64,000 nt of DNA from Vulcanimicrobiota bacterium (GCA_963805945.1 CAWDVP010000001.1:256001-320000), one strand, 5' to 3'; shown: positions 28,486 to 39,112, numbered from the stretch's first letter. Notes: a model not told the origin generated them from the letters alone. Numbers and translations: made by a program.

Positions 28486-28508
28486 CCCGAGCTTCGCTCG
28501 GGCGCCAC
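28486..28508 (-). repeat. REP family C (CCCGAGCGAAGCTCGGG hairpin)
   Basis: CCCGAGCTTCGCTCGGGCGCCAC on +. Confidence 0.7.
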
Positions 28509-28520
28509 AGAGCTCGGACC

Positions 28521-29792
28521 CTACAGCAAGGGTCGCACGTAGCGGCGCCACACGAAGACGGCGATCAGCACCAGCGGCAGCCAGAACGGCGCGAACGCGA
28601 TGATGGTGAGCAGCCGCGAGACGAGCTTCACGGAGACCTTCTTGACGCTGATCAGCGCGGCTTTCCAGGCATCGGCGATCTGCACGCCGGCGCTCGGTTC
28701 GACGGTCGCGGCCGGCTTTTCGTCTTGGATGCCGATGGAGATGGTCGAATACGCCACGCGATGCTGCATCGACTGGAGCTGCGCGTCGAGCTGCTCGATC
28801 TGCTCGCGGACCTGTGCGATCTGCTGCGTCACCTCGAGCACATCGGGGATCTTGCCCGCGCGGTCCATGATGCGCAGCATGTCGCCTTCGGTGCGACGCA
28901 GGTTGCGCAAGCGCGCCTGCGCGTCGACGATCTGATCGGAGACGTTCTCGGCGCTGATGGAACGGGCTTGCACCGTGCCGAGCGCGGCGAGCGCGCTCAT
29001 CGTCTGGTCGAAACGATCGGACGGTACGCTGATCTGCACTTGCGCCGAGTGCCGGATGCCGGGCTGATAGGGCGTCTGGTCGTCGAGCGACACGATGTCG
29101 CCGAACTGTAGCTGCGCGACGCCCGCCAGCTGGCGCAGCGCCGCTTCGACGTCGGGCACGATAAGGTAGATGTTGCCGGTGCGGATGAGCTGCGGCCGCG
29201 TGATGCCGCCGGGCGGAATGCTCTTGTACAAGCTCTGCACGGCGCCCATCTCAGCCGGGGGAGCCGCCGGAGCAGCCGCCGGCGCACCGCCCATGGCCCC
29301 TTGCGGCAGATTGCTCGCCGAGCGCGTGGTGACCGCGTCGAGCGTCTTCGCCCGCTCGCCGGCCACGGGCTGATTGACAGGTTGACTCATGCTGTGAAGG
29401 AGCGGCTGGGGCTCGACCGCCACCACGCTCTCCGGCGGCCCCGACCAAGGACGAGCGACGATGATCAGCAGCGCGATCGCCGCCGCCGCGAGCGAAAAGA
29501 CCTTGCCGAGCGCGGGCAGCCTCCGCCACCACGCCGTCAGCGAGACCGTGGCGGGCGTCTGGGGCTCGGCGCTGGCGCGCGCAAGCGTGCGGCCGAGCAG
29601 ATAGTCGGAAGGACCGGGCGCGTCTTTTTCGATCTCGTGCAGCGCCGCATGCAGTTGCCGTAGCTGCTCGAGCTCGGCCGCGCACAGCGGGCACGTCGCC
29701 AGCTCGGACTCGACGGCGGCGCGGTCCTGCGGCGGCAGCGTGCCGTTGACGTACCAGGGCAGCAGTTCGACGATCCGTTCGTGTTGCATCAC
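28521..29792 (-). CDS. Anti-sigma factor: zf-HC2-like N-terminus, TM, DUF4349 domain
   Basis: ELLPWYVNGTL...CPLC; DUF4349-like AENVSDQIVDAQARLRNL...VREQIE; coupled to ECF sigma. Confidence 0.8.
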   Translation of the reverse strand: MMQHERIVELLPWYVNGTLPPQDRAAVESELATCPLCAAELEQLRQLHAALHEIEKDAPGPSDYLLGRTLARASAEPQTPATVSLTAWWRRLPALGKVFSLAAAAIALLIIVARPWSGPPESVVAVEPQPLLHSMSQPVNQPVAGERAKTLDAVTTRSASNLPQGAMGGAPAAAPAAPPAEMGAVQSLYKSIPPGGITRPQLIRTGNIYLIVPDVEAALRQLAGVAQLQFGDIVSLDDQTPYQPGIRHSAQVQISVPSDRFDQTMSALAALGTVQARSISAENVSDQIVDAQARLRNLRRTEGDMLRIMDRAGKIPDVLEVTQQIAQVREQIEQLDAQLQSMQHRVAYSTISIGIQDEKPAATVEPSAGVQIADAWKAALISVKKVSVKLVSRLLTIIAFAPFWLPLVLIAVFVWRRYVRPLL

Positions 29793-30361
29793 ATCTCTCT
29801 CCGAACGCCCCGGTCATCAAGTATACGGCGCAGTTGCTGTTTCGCGTAGAAGACCCGCGTCTTGACCGTGTTGAGCGGACAGCCGACGATGCCGGCGATC
29901 TCCGCCTGTGAATATCCGTTGATGAACGTCAGCTCGAGCACGGAGCGGTGCTCGGGCGACAGCGCGTCGAGCGCGTCGCGCACGCCGCGCATGAGGCTGC
30001 CCGCGAGCGCGACCTCCTCTGGCCCTCGCTGCGGATCGGGCGCGTCCGCGAGCGTGGCCAGCTCGATCGCCTGCGGCGCGTGACGCCGCAGCGAGTCCAT
30101 CGCCTTGTGATGCGCGATGCCGAAGATCCAGGTCGACACCTTCGATTGGCCGCGGAAGCGAGCCGCGCTCTTCCACACCTCGAGCATGACGTCGCCTTGC
30201 AGCTCTTCCGCGGTCTGCGGTGTTCGCACGAGCCCGAGCAGATAGCGGTACAGCCGATGTTCGTATGCGCGGAAGAGGCGTTCGAACGCAGCGCGATCGC
30301 CCCGCGCGATGAGCTGCAGGTCGGGAAGATCGCCGTCTGGTGTGCTGCTCTGCGGCGTCAT
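29789..30361 (-). CDS. ECF (sigma-70 group 4) RNA polymerase sigma factor
   Basis: GDRAAFERLF, AEEL..DVMLEVW, STWIFGIAHHKAMD, YSQAEIA...LNTVKTRV. Confidence 0.92.
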   Translation of the reverse strand: MTPQSSTPDGDLPDLQLIARGDRAAFERLFRAYEHRLYRYLLGLVRTPQTAEELQGDVMLEVWKSAARFRGQSKVSTWIFGIAHHKAMDSLRRHAPQAIELATLADAPDPQRGPEEVALAGSLMRGVRDALDALSPEHRSVLELTFINGYSQAEIAGIVGCPLNTVKTRVFYAKQQLRRILDDRGVRREM

Positions 30362-30593
30362 GTCGCTTTCTCGCGCCCGCGTAGTCCCTTGTTGCGGTCG
30401 AATTCACTCGACCGTATTGAGCGGCGCGGCCGGGGCGGGCAGACCGGTCGCGCCACTCCGGCCATGTGTCGCGCCACGCGCGTATAAGGTTCATCGACTA
30501 AAGTCGCCCGCCGGTGAAGGGGCTTAAAAGGGCGTCCCAAGACCGCTACTGAAGGCTCGACGCCGATAGCCGGAAGAGCGTAAGGAGTTGACC

Positions 30594-32282
30594 GTGATCG
30601 TCGACCACGACATCTTGGTTCTCGGCGCGGGCCTCGCCGGAATGCGCGCGGCGCTCGAGGCGGCACGCAACGGCGCGAACGTCGCCATCATCAGCAAAGT
30701 CCATCCGGTCCGCAGCCATTCTGGCGCCGCGCAGGGCGGCATCAATGCCGCCATCGGCGAGGGCGATTCGTGGGAGATCCACGCGCTCGACACCATCAAG
30801 GGCTCCGATTACCTCGCCGACCAGGACGCGGTCGAGGTCATGTGCAGCGAAGCGCCGGGCGACATCATCGAGCTCGAGCACATGGGCGTCACCTTCTACC
30901 GCGGCCCCGACGGCAAGCTCGGCACGCGCGCCTTCGGCGGCGCCTCCAAAGCCCGCACGTATTTCGTCGGCGACATCACAGGGCAGGCGCTCCTCTACAC
31001 GCTGTACGATCAGCTGCTCAAAGCCGGCGTCAAGGTCTACGAGGAGTGGTTCGCGACCTCGCTCTACATGGTCGACGGCGCCTGCCGCGGCATGGTCGCG
31101 CTCGACATGATGAGCGGCGATCTGCACCTGTTGCGCGGCAAAGCCGTGGTGGACGCGAGCGGTGGCATGGGCCGCGTCTACGAGCCGAGCACGAACGCGC
31201 TCATCTGCACCGGCGACGGCATCGCGCTCGCCTATCGCGCCGGCGCGCCGCTCATGGACATGGAGATGGTGCAATACCATCCCACCACGCTCAAAGGTTC
31301 GGGCTTCCTCATGACCGAGGCGGCGCGCGGCGAGGGCGCCTACCTGCTCAACTCGCTGGGCGAGCGCTTCATGGAGAAGTACGCGCCGAAGATGAAGGAG
31401 CTCGCGTCGCGCGACGTCGTCTCGCGCGCGGAGTGGCAGGAGATCGCTGCGGGCCGCGGCATCGACGGCTGCGTGCTGCTCGACCTGCGGCATCTCGGTC
31501 CGGATGTCGTCCTCAAGAAGCTGCCGCAGATCCACGAGATGGCGCTCGATTTCCTCAGCATCGACATGCTGACGCAGCCGGTGCCCGTGCGACCCGGCAT
31601 GCATTACATCATGGGCGGCGTCAAGACCGACGCGGGCGCAGCCACACCGGTCCCCGGACTCTATGCAGCCGGCGAATGCGCGTGCGTGAGCGTCCACGGC
31701 GGCAACCGCCTGGGAGCGAACTCACTGCTCGACACGCTCGTGTTCGGCCGGCATGCAGGCGAGAATTCGGCGGCATATGTGAAGACCGTCGGCAACGTGC
31801 CGTCGGATGCGGCCGCTGAGGCGTTCCTCGCTTCAGAGCAAAAACGCGTCCAAGCTTTCTTGGATCGGCCGACGACCGCCGAGACGCACGCCAAGCTGCG
31901 CCTCGAGCTCGGCATGCTCATGGACGAGAAGGTCGGCGTCTATCGCGACGACGCCGGCTTGCGCGCGGCGCTCGCAGGCGTGCGCGACATCGCCAAACGC
32001 TACGAGACGGTGGCGGTGCGCGACAAGGGACGCATCTTCAACCAAGCGCTCACCTTCGCGCTCGAACTCGGCTTCATGCTCGACTGCGCGCAGGCGACCA
32101 TCATCGGCGCGCTCGAACGCAAGGAGAGCCGCGGCGCGCAGTCGCGCACGGACTATCCCGACCGCAACGATGCCGAATGGCTCAAACACGTCGTGATCAC
32201 AAAGCGCGAAGGCCAAGACCCGGCCATCAGCTACCAACCGGTGACCATCACGAAGTGGCCGCCGCAGGAGCGTAAGTACTAA
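30594..32282 (+). CDS. sdhA: Succinate dehydrogenase/fumarate reductase flavoprotein subunit
   Basis: [16 protein letters not shown] (covalent FAD His), [38 protein letters not shown] 6 nt after AAGGAG (alternative TTG 30588). Confidence 0.95.
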   Translation: MIVDHDILVLGAGLAGMRAALEAARNGANVAIISKVHPVRSHSGAAQGGINAAIGEGDSWEIHALDTIKGSDYLADQDAVEVMCSEAPGDIIELEHMGVTFYRGPDGKLGTRAFGGASKARTYFVGDITGQALLYTLYDQLLKAGVKVYEEWFATSLYMVDGACRGMVALDMMSGDLHLLRGKAVVDASGGMGRVYEPSTNALICTGDGIALAYRAGAPLMDMEMVQYHPTTLKGSGFLMTEAARGEGAYLLNSLGERFMEKYAPKMKELASRDVVSRAEWQEIAAGRGIDGCVLLDLRHLGPDVVLKKLPQIHEMALDFLSIDMLTQPVPVRPGMHYIMGGVKTDAGAATPVPGLYAAGECACVSVHGGNRLGANSLLDTLVFGRHAGENSAAYVKTVGNVPSDAAAEAFLASEQKRVQAFLDRPTTAETHAKLRLELGMLMDEKVGVYRDDAGLRAALAGVRDIAKRYETVAVRDKGRIFNQALTFALELGFMLDCAQATIIGALERKESRGAQSRTDYPDRNDAEWLKHVVITKREGQDPAISYQPVTITKWPPQERKY

Positions 32283-33289
32283 TGGAATGGACCGTCGTCG
32301 TCGGAAGGTACAGTCAGCCGGGAGCCCCGCAGCCGAAGGGCGAGCTGGGCCCGGAGTGGCGCGCGCCATATCAGAAGGCGCCGCGCAAGACATACCAGAC
32401 GTTCAAGATCGACCTGCCGCAGCATGCGATGGTGCTCGACGCGCTCATCGGCATCCGCGAGTATCAAGATGAGAGCCTGGGCGTGCGCTGCGCCTGCCGG
32501 AGCGCGATCTGCGGCTCGTGCGCGATGTGGGTCAACGGCCATGCGCGCCTGGCGTGCACGAGCAAGCTGCAGGACCACGTCGTCGACGGCTCGATCACGG
32601 TCGAGGCGCCGCCGTCAATGCCGGTGATCAAAGACCTGGTCTGCGACATGTCGCCGTTCTGGAAGAAGAACCTGTCGGTCAAGCCGTGGCTCGAGAACAA
32701 GCTGCCGGTGCCGGCCGGCGAGGAATACCGCGTCACCAACGAATCGATGGAGAACCTCATCCAAGAGATCGGCTGCATCTCGTGCGGCGCGTGCCTCATG
32801 GATTGCGAATCGTTTGCGGTCAACCCGGACTTCACCGGACCCGCGGCGCTCGCCAAGGCCTATCGCTACACGGACGACCCCCGCGATGCGGAGACGAAGG
32901 CGCGCCTGGGCGGATACAGCGAGCCCAACGGCGTGTGGGACTGCACCCACTGCTACGAATGCGTGCAGCAATGTCCGAAGGGAGTCGCGCCGCTCGATCA
33001 GATCCTCAAGCTGCGCAAGATGGCGGTCGACGCCGGCTTCACCCACAACGCCGGCACGCGGCATGCCGACGCCTTCGCCGAGTCGGTGCGCGACAGCGGT
33101 CGTCTTAACGAGCTGACGCTCATGCCGAAGTCGGTGGGGCTCTTCAATATCCCGGCGCAGCTCGCGGCGCTGCCGACGGCGCTCGGTCTGCTGCGCGCCG
33201 GCAAGCTGCCGCCGATCATCCATCACGCGATCCCGCACGTGGACCGCATCAAGAACATCTTCAAGAAGATAGGCGGAAGGAACAAATGA
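32282..33289 (+). CDS. sdhB: Succinate dehydrogenase iron-sulfur subunit (long form)
   Basis: CACRSAICGSC...LAC, CISCGACLMDC, CTHCYECVQQCPK; extended C-terminus. Confidence 0.93.
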   Translation: MEWTVVVGRYSQPGAPQPKGELGPEWRAPYQKAPRKTYQTFKIDLPQHAMVLDALIGIREYQDESLGVRCACRSAICGSCAMWVNGHARLACTSKLQDHVVDGSITVEAPPSMPVIKDLVCDMSPFWKKNLSVKPWLENKLPVPAGEEYRVTNESMENLIQEIGCISCGACLMDCESFAVNPDFTGPAALAKAYRYTDDPRDAETKARLGGYSEPNGVWDCTHCYECVQQCPKGVAPLDQILKLRKMAVDAGFTHNAGTRHADAFAESVRDSGRLNELTLMPKSVGLFNIPAQLAALPTALGLLRAGKLPPIIHHAIPHVDRIKNIFKKIGGRNK

Positions 33290-34170
33290 AAGTCGCGTTC
33301 TTCCCCGGCTGCGTCTCCAAGGGCGCCTGCCCCGAGCTCTACGTGTCCACCCAGAAGGTGGCGCAAGCGCTCGGCATCGAGCTGCACGAGCTTACCGAAG
33401 CGCCGTGCACCGGCGCTGGCGTGCTCAGCGAGCAGAATCCGCCGCTCGCCGATTCGCTCAACGGCCTCACGCTGGCGATGGCAGAGAAACTGGGCGCCGA
33501 CCTCATGACGATCTGCTCGACCTGCCAGGGCGTCCTCTCCAACCACAACTATCATCTGAAGAAGGATCCGGACCGGCTCCAAGCGGCGAACACGGTGCTC
33601 GCCGACAGCGGCTTCGAGTACCACGGCACCACGAAGGTCAAGCATCTGATGTGGATCCTCGTCGAGGATATCGGACTCGACAAGATCCGCTCGCTGGTGA
33701 AGCGCAAGCTGACCGGGCTGAAGATCGCGCCGTTTTACGGCTGCTACATCCTGCGTCCGCAAGAGTATCTCGGCATCAAGGAGCGGCCAGAGCGCGCCAC
33801 CTACCTCGAGCAGATCATCGAGATCGTCGGCGGCACCCCGGTGGAGTATCACGGCAAGTCGAAATGCTGCGGCTTCCCGATGACGACGATGAACAAGGAC
33901 AAATCGCTGGCGATGGGCGCGAATCACATCCTCGAGGCCAAGGAGAAAGGCGCCGATCTGCTCGTGACGCCGTGTCCGCTGTGCCATCTCAATCTCGATG
34001 CGCAGCAGCCCGACGCGGCCAAGGTGGTCAAGAAGACGATCGACACGCCGATCTTTCATCTGCCGCAGCTGCTCGGCCTCGCATTCGGCTTCAGCCCGGA
34101 AGAGCTGCGCCTCAACCATCACGTCGTGTCGACGACGCGCGCGCTCGAGAAGGTCGAACTCAAAGTCTAG
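33286..34170 (+). CDS. CCG-domain (HdrB/SdhE-like) succinate dehydrogenase subunit
   Basis: FFPGC, CTGAG, TICSTC, PFYGC, KCCG, TPCPLC; ATGA coupled to sdhB. Confidence 0.88.
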   Translation: MKVAFFPGCVSKGACPELYVSTQKVAQALGIELHELTEAPCTGAGVLSEQNPPLADSLNGLTLAMAEKLGADLMTICSTCQGVLSNHNYHLKKDPDRLQAANTVLADSGFEYHGTTKVKHLMWILVEDIGLDKIRSLVKRKLTGLKIAPFYGCYILRPQEYLGIKERPERATYLEQIIEIVGGTPVEYHGKSKCCGFPMTTMNKDKSLAMGANHILEAKEKGADLLVTPCPLCHLNLDAQQPDAAKVVKKTIDTPIFHLPQLLGLAFGFSPEELRLNHHVVSTTRALEKVELKV

Positions 34171-34181
34171 CCCGACTTCGA

Positions 34182-34210
34182 TCTATGGAGCGGTCGAATT
34201 TATTCGACCG
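34182..34210 (+). repeat. REP family B
   Basis: Identical 29-mer to the 7903 copy. Confidence 0.8.
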
Positions 34211-34233
34211 GGGGCCGATCTTCGGATCGGCCC
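34211..34233 (+). repeat. REP family A variant abutting a family B copy
   Basis: GGGGCCGATCTTCGGATCGGCCC followed by TTTT. Confidence 0.7.
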
Positions 34234-34295
34234 TTTTCTGTTGCCGACCTTGACCAGCCCCGGCCTGCACGTGATATAATCCGCGTGCACGCATC

Positions 34296-34835
34296 ATGCC
34301 ACGAGAGATCACGCTGCCGGAGGCGAAACCGGCGCTCGAATGGGTCAACGGCCGGGTTCTGCAAAAGATGAGCCCCAAGCGCCAGCATGGAGTCGCGCAG
34401 GGGCGCTTCTACGCTGCGCTAGACGCGTGGGCAGAGGCTCGGCGTCTCGGGATCGTGGCCACCGAATGGAGATTTCGAATCCAACCGCCCGGCGAGGAAC
34501 GCCGTCCGCTGGTGCCGGATGTCGCGTTCCTGTCATATGCAACGCTCCCGTACGAGATACAGCAGGTCACAGACGAACCGGAAGTCGCGCCCGACGTGGT
34601 CGTCGAGGTTCTTTCAGCCGGCGATCGGAGCGTCGACGTCGAGGAAAAGATCCGAGTGTACCTCGCCGCGGGCGCGGGCGTCATCTTCCTCGTCGACCCA
34701 AGGGCCAAGACCGTACGCGTCCGCGACTCCAAAGGCGAGTGCACAGTGACGGAGAGCGGGATGCTCACGCACGAGTCGCTACAAGGATTCAGTCTACCCG
34801 TTCGCCAGCTCTTCTTCGTGGCGAAGCCGGACTAA
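34296..34835 (+). CDS. Uma2 family (PD-(D/E)XK) putative endonuclease
   Basis: EWVNG, SPKRQH, VPDVAF, APDVVVEVLS, KIRVYLAAG, LVDP; TGaTATAAT at 34272-34280. Confidence 0.9.
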   Translation: MPREITLPEAKPALEWVNGRVLQKMSPKRQHGVAQGRFYAALDAWAEARRLGIVATEWRFRIQPPGEERRPLVPDVAFLSYATLPYEIQQVTDEPEVAPDVVVEVLSAGDRSVDVEEKIRVYLAAGAGVIFLVDPRAKTVRVRDSKGECTVTESGMLTHESLQGFSLPVRQLFFVAKPD

Positions 34836-34865
34836 CGGTCGAATCGAATTCGACCGCTCCATAGA
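34836..34865 (-). repeat. REP family B
   Basis: CGGTCGAATCGAATTCGACCGCTCCATAGA. Confidence 0.8.
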
Positions 34866-34867
34866 CG

Positions 34868-35317
34868 CTATTCGCGGACGTACTTGATGAACGACGTCCG
34901 CTTTGCGAGCGTGTCATAGAGCGCACGCGCGTCGGCGTTATATTCCTGCGTCAACCAATACACGCTGCTCGCGCCCGCCGCGTCGGCCGCTTTGTAGACC
35001 GCCTCGATCAGCGCGCGGCCGGCGCCAAGCCCGCGCGCGTCCTCAGCGACGAAGAGGTCCTCGAGGTAGCAGTACTCGCCGATCGACCACGACGCGCGGT
35101 GGAAGAGATAGTGGACGAACCCGACGATGCGGCCCTCGCTCACGGCGAGCAATCCGTGGGGCTGTTCATGCACGTCCAGCAGGCGACGCCACGTCGCCTC
35201 GGTCACTTCCGCATCGAGCCTCGCGCGATAGAACCTCAGATAGCCGTGCCAGAGCTCTTCCCAGCGCGCTCGATCGGCGGGCAGCGGGGCGCGCAACGTG
35301 ATGCCCGTCGCGCTCAT
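34868..35317 (-). CDS. GNAT family N-acetyltransferase
   Basis: [36 protein letters not shown]. Confidence 0.92.
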   Translation of the reverse strand: MSATGITLRAPLPADRARWEELWHGYLRFYRARLDAEVTEATWRRLLDVHEQPHGLLAVSEGRIVGFVHYLFHRASWSIGEYCYLEDLFVAEDARGLGAGRALIEAVYKAADAAGASSVYWLTQEYNADARALYDTLAKRTSFIKYVRE

Positions 35318-38115
35318 ACGGTGTCGTCATCCTCCGATTCTTCGTCATCTGGTTTGTTCAATGAGTCGGGCGGCAGCAGCCCTCGGCGGCGCGCCTCGGC
35401 CACCGCCCTCGTCCGCGATGCCGCACCGAGCTTCGCGAGCACGCGCTCGACGTGCGTCTCCACCGTCCTTGTGCTCACGTCGAGCCGCTGCGCCACCTCC
35501 TTGTTCGAGAGTCCGAGCGCGACGAGCGAAAGCACCTCTAGCTCACGCTTCGTGAGTGCCTCCCCGCGCGGGACACGGCGCGTGCGCTTTGCCTTCGGGC
35601 CGTGCAGCCAGCCGAGCTGCGTCGACCGCAACGCGATCTGCACGTCGGCGCGCCGCTGCCCGATCGGGCGCAACAACTCCGCGATCGCGGCCGCCTCGAA
35701 TCGGGCGCCGCCATGCTCTAGCTTCTCGTAGCCTGCCGCCGCTGCTCCGGCAGCATCGGCAAGAGCGCTGCCCGCACCCGTGTTGAGCCCTCGGATCGCG
35801 CTGCTCAAATCGTGCAGTTCGGCGACATCCCGGCGGGCGGCGATGAAGCGGTGGAATCGTTTCGCGGCCGGCAACTCATGGAGCGCCGCGACCGGCTCGT
35901 CCGGACCGACCGCGAGCGCCAGCTCGAGCATCGCGCCAGCCGACGCGAGCAATGCCGCGTCGACCGCGTCTATGGGCTCGACGCCCGTGACGTCGGCGAT
36001 CGCCTCCGCGCGCGCCGTGGACGCGTCGGAGCTTTCTAGGAGCGTCGCATACAGCGCGGCGTCCGCCTTCATCGCCGCGCGTTCGGGTGGCGGCGGCGAG
36101 GTCGACGCAAGCGCGGCGCGCACGATCTGCAGCGCTTGCGCGGCCGCTCCACCCACGAATGCGCAGCGCGCGAGCATCCGCTGTGAGTGCGCAGCCATGC
36201 GCCTGCGATCCGGGGCATACCATGCGACGGCGGCATGCTCGCGCAGGGTCTCGGCGGCATGCGCGCATTTCTCACGCTCTCCCGCCCCCGCGTGGATCTC
36301 CACAAGCACGTAGTAGACGTTGGCCATTTCGGTCTGCAAGTTCAGGTCGCGCCCGAGCACGGTTCCCTGACGCGCGTAGTCGGCCGCAGCGTTGATGTCA
36401 CCCCAGAGCAGCGACAGGCGGGCGTACCAGAACAGCGCGCAGCACAGCAGGACCACATGCTCTGATGGCTCGAGATCGCGCAGCAGCTCGCTCATCCTCA
36501 TATCTGCCCGCGCGAAGTCGCCGAGGCAGGTCGCCGCATACGCATACAGGAGCGCGGCACGGAAGCGCAGCACGGGCGACGCCGCTCCCAGTTCGGCGGC
36601 CGTCGCGGCTTTCTCAACTGCGGTCACGTAGTCGCCTTCGATCGTCTTGGTCCATCCCAGCAGGATCAGTGCGGTGGCCCGCTGCTGTGTGCCCAGCGCG
36701 TCCGCTTCTCTGACGAACCCGCCGATCTCGCCGACGACCTCAGGGTCGACGCTGTCCAAAGCGCCCCAGAGCAGCTGCACGCGCAACGCGAAGATGGACT
36801 CCTCGTCGCGCAGCTGTTTCGCGATCTCCAGAGCGGTGAGGAACAGCTCGCGTGCGCCAGGCATGCCGCGCTGGCGCATCAGCATGCCCTGGACTCGGCC
36901 GACGAGGACGGGGACATCAGCGCCGCGTTTGCCGAGCTCCCTGACCGCGCGCCCGGCCTGTTCTCCATGGCCGTCGGCGAACAGCGTGTCGGCGTGGATG
37001 GTGAGGAATAGTGCGAGCCGTTTCTCGTCTCGCGACCTCTCGAAATGGAACAACGCCGGCGCATGCAGGCCCGCCGCTTCGAGCATGTCGCCGGCCCAGA
37101 CATGGAGACGCGCGACGCCGTCGTCGCCGTCTCGCTCCCGGATCCGATCGAGCAGCGCTTCGCGCATGAGCGAATGCTGCCGATACGTCTCGCCCGACCG
37201 CAACACCGCAAGCATCTCGCCGCGCCGTTCCAGCTCCCGCAGCATGCGGCGCGCCGCCGGAAACCCGCCGTGCTGCTCAAGGACCGAGGCCTCGAGCACG
37301 TCGAGCGTCGCGGTGCGCTCCAAGAACCCGGTGAGCTCGTCGGGCAGTGTCGCGACGTGCGCGGTGATGAGCTGGGTGACCAGCGGCGCGTCGGGTGTCG
37401 CATGCGCAGTGGTCGCGTCCGCTTGAGCGCCGACCAGCAGCGAGATGCCGGCGGGCCAGCCTTCACAGCGAGCGCATAGCTCGGCCGCCATACGCTCGTC
37501 CAGATCCGCACCATGCTTGCGCGCCAAGAGCGCCGTCTCCGAATCGCTGAACTTCAGATCGTCGACGCCGAACATCACCGCACGGCCTTGCGATGTCCAC
37601 TCCGCCAGCGGGAGCGAGGGAGAGCTGCGGCCGATGAGCAGCAGCGTCACGGTCTCGGGGAGCTGGCGCATCGCGCCCGTGATGAAATCGGAAAGCGCCA
37701 GATCGCCTTCGAGCACCTGGTAGTCCTCGATCACGAGGACGAGGCGTTCCGGGATGTGACCGAGCTCTTGCGCGAAGGCCGCACCGATGCGCGTGACCCA
37801 ACGCCGGAGCGCGTCGGCATCATCTGAAGGTGGGCGGCCGTGCGCTGCAAGCGCAAGCGTGAAGCGTCCGAAATCCTCGCGGACGGTGCTCACCTCCTCG
37901 ACGAGCGGCTCGATGAAGCCGCCGGCATGCCAGGGCTGCGCGGTGTACCACACCGCGGGCAGACCGACGGCGTCGACGGTCAGCGCGCCCGCCGACGTCT
38001 TGCCGTAACCCGCCGGCGCCTGGATGACGATGAGGCGATGCGAGCGGATAGCCATAGACACGGCCTCCACAAAGGAAGCCCTTGGAATGAGGTCTCGGAC
38101 GGAAGGAACCGGCAT
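35314..38115 (-). CDS. MalT-like STAND ATPase / LuxR-HTH regulator
   Basis: [32 protein letters not shown]-terminal LTKRELEVL...SNKEVA..RTVETHV. Confidence 0.9.
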   Translation of the reverse strand: MPVPSVRDLIPRASFVEAVSMAIRSHRLIVIQAPAGYGKTSAGALTVDAVGLPAVWYTAQPWHAGGFIEPLVEEVSTVREDFGRFTLALAAHGRPPSDDADALRRWVTRIGAAFAQELGHIPERLVLVIEDYQVLEGDLALSDFITGAMRQLPETVTLLLIGRSSPSLPLAEWTSQGRAVMFGVDDLKFSDSETALLARKHGADLDERMAAELCARCEGWPAGISLLVGAQADATTAHATPDAPLVTQLITAHVATLPDELTGFLERTATLDVLEASVLEQHGGFPAARRMLRELERRGEMLAVLRSGETYRQHSLMREALLDRIRERDGDDGVARLHVWAGDMLEAAGLHAPALFHFERSRDEKRLALFLTIHADTLFADGHGEQAGRAVRELGKRGADVPVLVGRVQGMLMRQRGMPGARELFLTALEIAKQLRDEESIFALRVQLLWGALDSVDPEVVGEIGGFVREADALGTQQRATALILLGWTKTIEGDYVTAVEKAATAAELGAASPVLRFRAALLYAYAATCLGDFARADMRMSELLRDLEPSEHVVLLCCALFWYARLSLLWGDINAAADYARQGTVLGRDLNLQTEMANVYYVLVEIHAGAGEREKCAHAAETLREHAAVAWYAPDRRRMAAHSQRMLARCAFVGGAAAQALQIVRAALASTSPPPPERAAMKADAALYATLLESSDASTARAEAIADVTGVEPIDAVDAALLASAGAMLELALAVGPDEPVAALHELPAAKRFHRFIAARRDVAELHDLSSAIRGLNTGAGSALADAAGAAAAGYEKLEHGGARFEAAAIAELLRPIGQRRADVQIALRSTQLGWLHGPKAKRTRRVPRGEALTKRELEVLSLVALGLSNKEVAQRLDVSTRTVETHVERVLAKLGAASRTRAVAEARRRGLLPPDSLNKPDDEESEDDDTV

Positions 38116-38286
38116 CCGCTGGCACGCCCCTCAACTTTCCGCCTCGGGCGCTTGCTTGGTTCCCGTGCCTATTCCTACGGGTCGGCGCGCCGGCGCTGTG
38201 AGGAGCGATCACTCCCGCGGACGACGCCGTAACGGACGCGGCGCGGCCGCGGTCCTATGACAGGGAGTTCGTTAGGAGTCTTCGCG

Positions 38287-38457
38287 ATGAAAGCGTTGCC
38301 CACGCATACGGGTCGATCGCCTCTGGAGGAGCCGTATCTCGACCAGATGTTGCATAGCTGGTGGTCGCTGACCACGATGCGGTTCATCCCGCTCTACCTG
38401 CAATACCGGCGCATGCTTGCCGCGGCATCAAAACTGGTTGTCGCTCCGAAACGTTAA
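38287..38457 (+). CDS. Small hypothetical protein (56 aa)
   Basis: TAGGAG SD before ATG; divergent from MalT-like regulator; no motif. Confidence 0.45.
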   Translation: MKALPTHTGRSPLEEPYLDQMLHSWWSLTTMRFIPLYLQYRRMLAAASKLVVAPKR

Positions 38458-38510
38458 GCCGTCTTGTCCCGCCGATCGGAATTCTTATATGATGGCTGTC
38501 ACAACGGCTG

Positions 38511-38526
38511 CGTGACCCCGGTCACA
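38511..38526. promoter_or_regulatory. CRP/FNR-family-like site
   Basis: CGTGA-N6-TCACA, one mismatch to TGTGA-N6-TCACA. Confidence 0.35.
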
Positions 38527-38644
38527 CGACGTAAGGGAGAAGCCTAGCACTCGCCGGCGGACCCCACAACCGGGCCGCGAGTGGCCGGTTGCTCGATACG
38601 GTGGGGGAGCTGCGATCACCGGCGCGGTTAGGCAACGCACCGGG
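38517..38644 (+). ncRNA. Candidate rod-like structured RNA or 5' leader
   Basis: Nested pairings CCCGGT/ACCGGG, GCCTAGC/GTTAGGC, CGCCGG/CCGGCG, CCCCAC/GTGGGG, AACCGG/CCGGTT; family not recognised. Confidence 0.4.
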
Positions 38645-38645
38645 T

Positions 38646-39071
38646 ATGTCCATTTTCGGATTTCTGTTCAAGAACAAGAAACAGGCTGGCCCCACACGCA
38701 AGCCGCGCCTTGCCACGCGGCTCGCCATGAGCGAACCGGTGCGCTTCATGCCGACGGGCGGTTCCGAGCAGCCGGCGATCCTCCAAGACGTGTCTTCGAA
38801 CGGCGCATCCTTGCGGACGCATCAACGCATGCGCGTCGGCGAGCACTTGGCCCTGTCGATGTATTTCGGCCTGGACCAGCGTTACGATCTACACGCGCAA
38901 GTCGTGTATGCGCGCCCTGGCAGCCAGGGCTTTCATGCTCGCTACGGCGTGCGCTTCGTCGGCATGACCGACGACGAGCGGTTCAAGCTCGACACGTTCG
39001 TGAACGAGTGCCTCGCCGCGAGCCAGTTCGGCGTGCGGACTTTCACGCCGCCGCCCCACCAATACCAGTAG
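38646..39071 (+). CDS. PilZ domain protein (c-di-GMP receptor)
   Basis: RLATR (RxxxR), DVSSNG (D/NxSxxG), YGVRF. Confidence 0.82.
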   Translation: MSIFGFLFKNKKQAGPTRKPRLATRLAMSEPVRFMPTGGSEQPAILQDVSSNGASLRTHQRMRVGEHLALSMYFGLDQRYDLHAQVVYARPGSQGFHARYGVRFVGMTDDERFKLDTFVNECLAASQFGVRTFTPPPHQYQ

Positions 39072-39112
39072 CTCCGATCCGGTCGTGCTGTTTTCCGCGT
39101 AGCGAGAAACGG

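Noticed and set aside
38498..38516. GTCACAACGGCT..GCGTGAC resembling a SAM/SAH riboswitch
   Set aside because: Lacks the conserved UCCUG loop segment and its pseudoknot partner; no methionine-cycle gene downstream.
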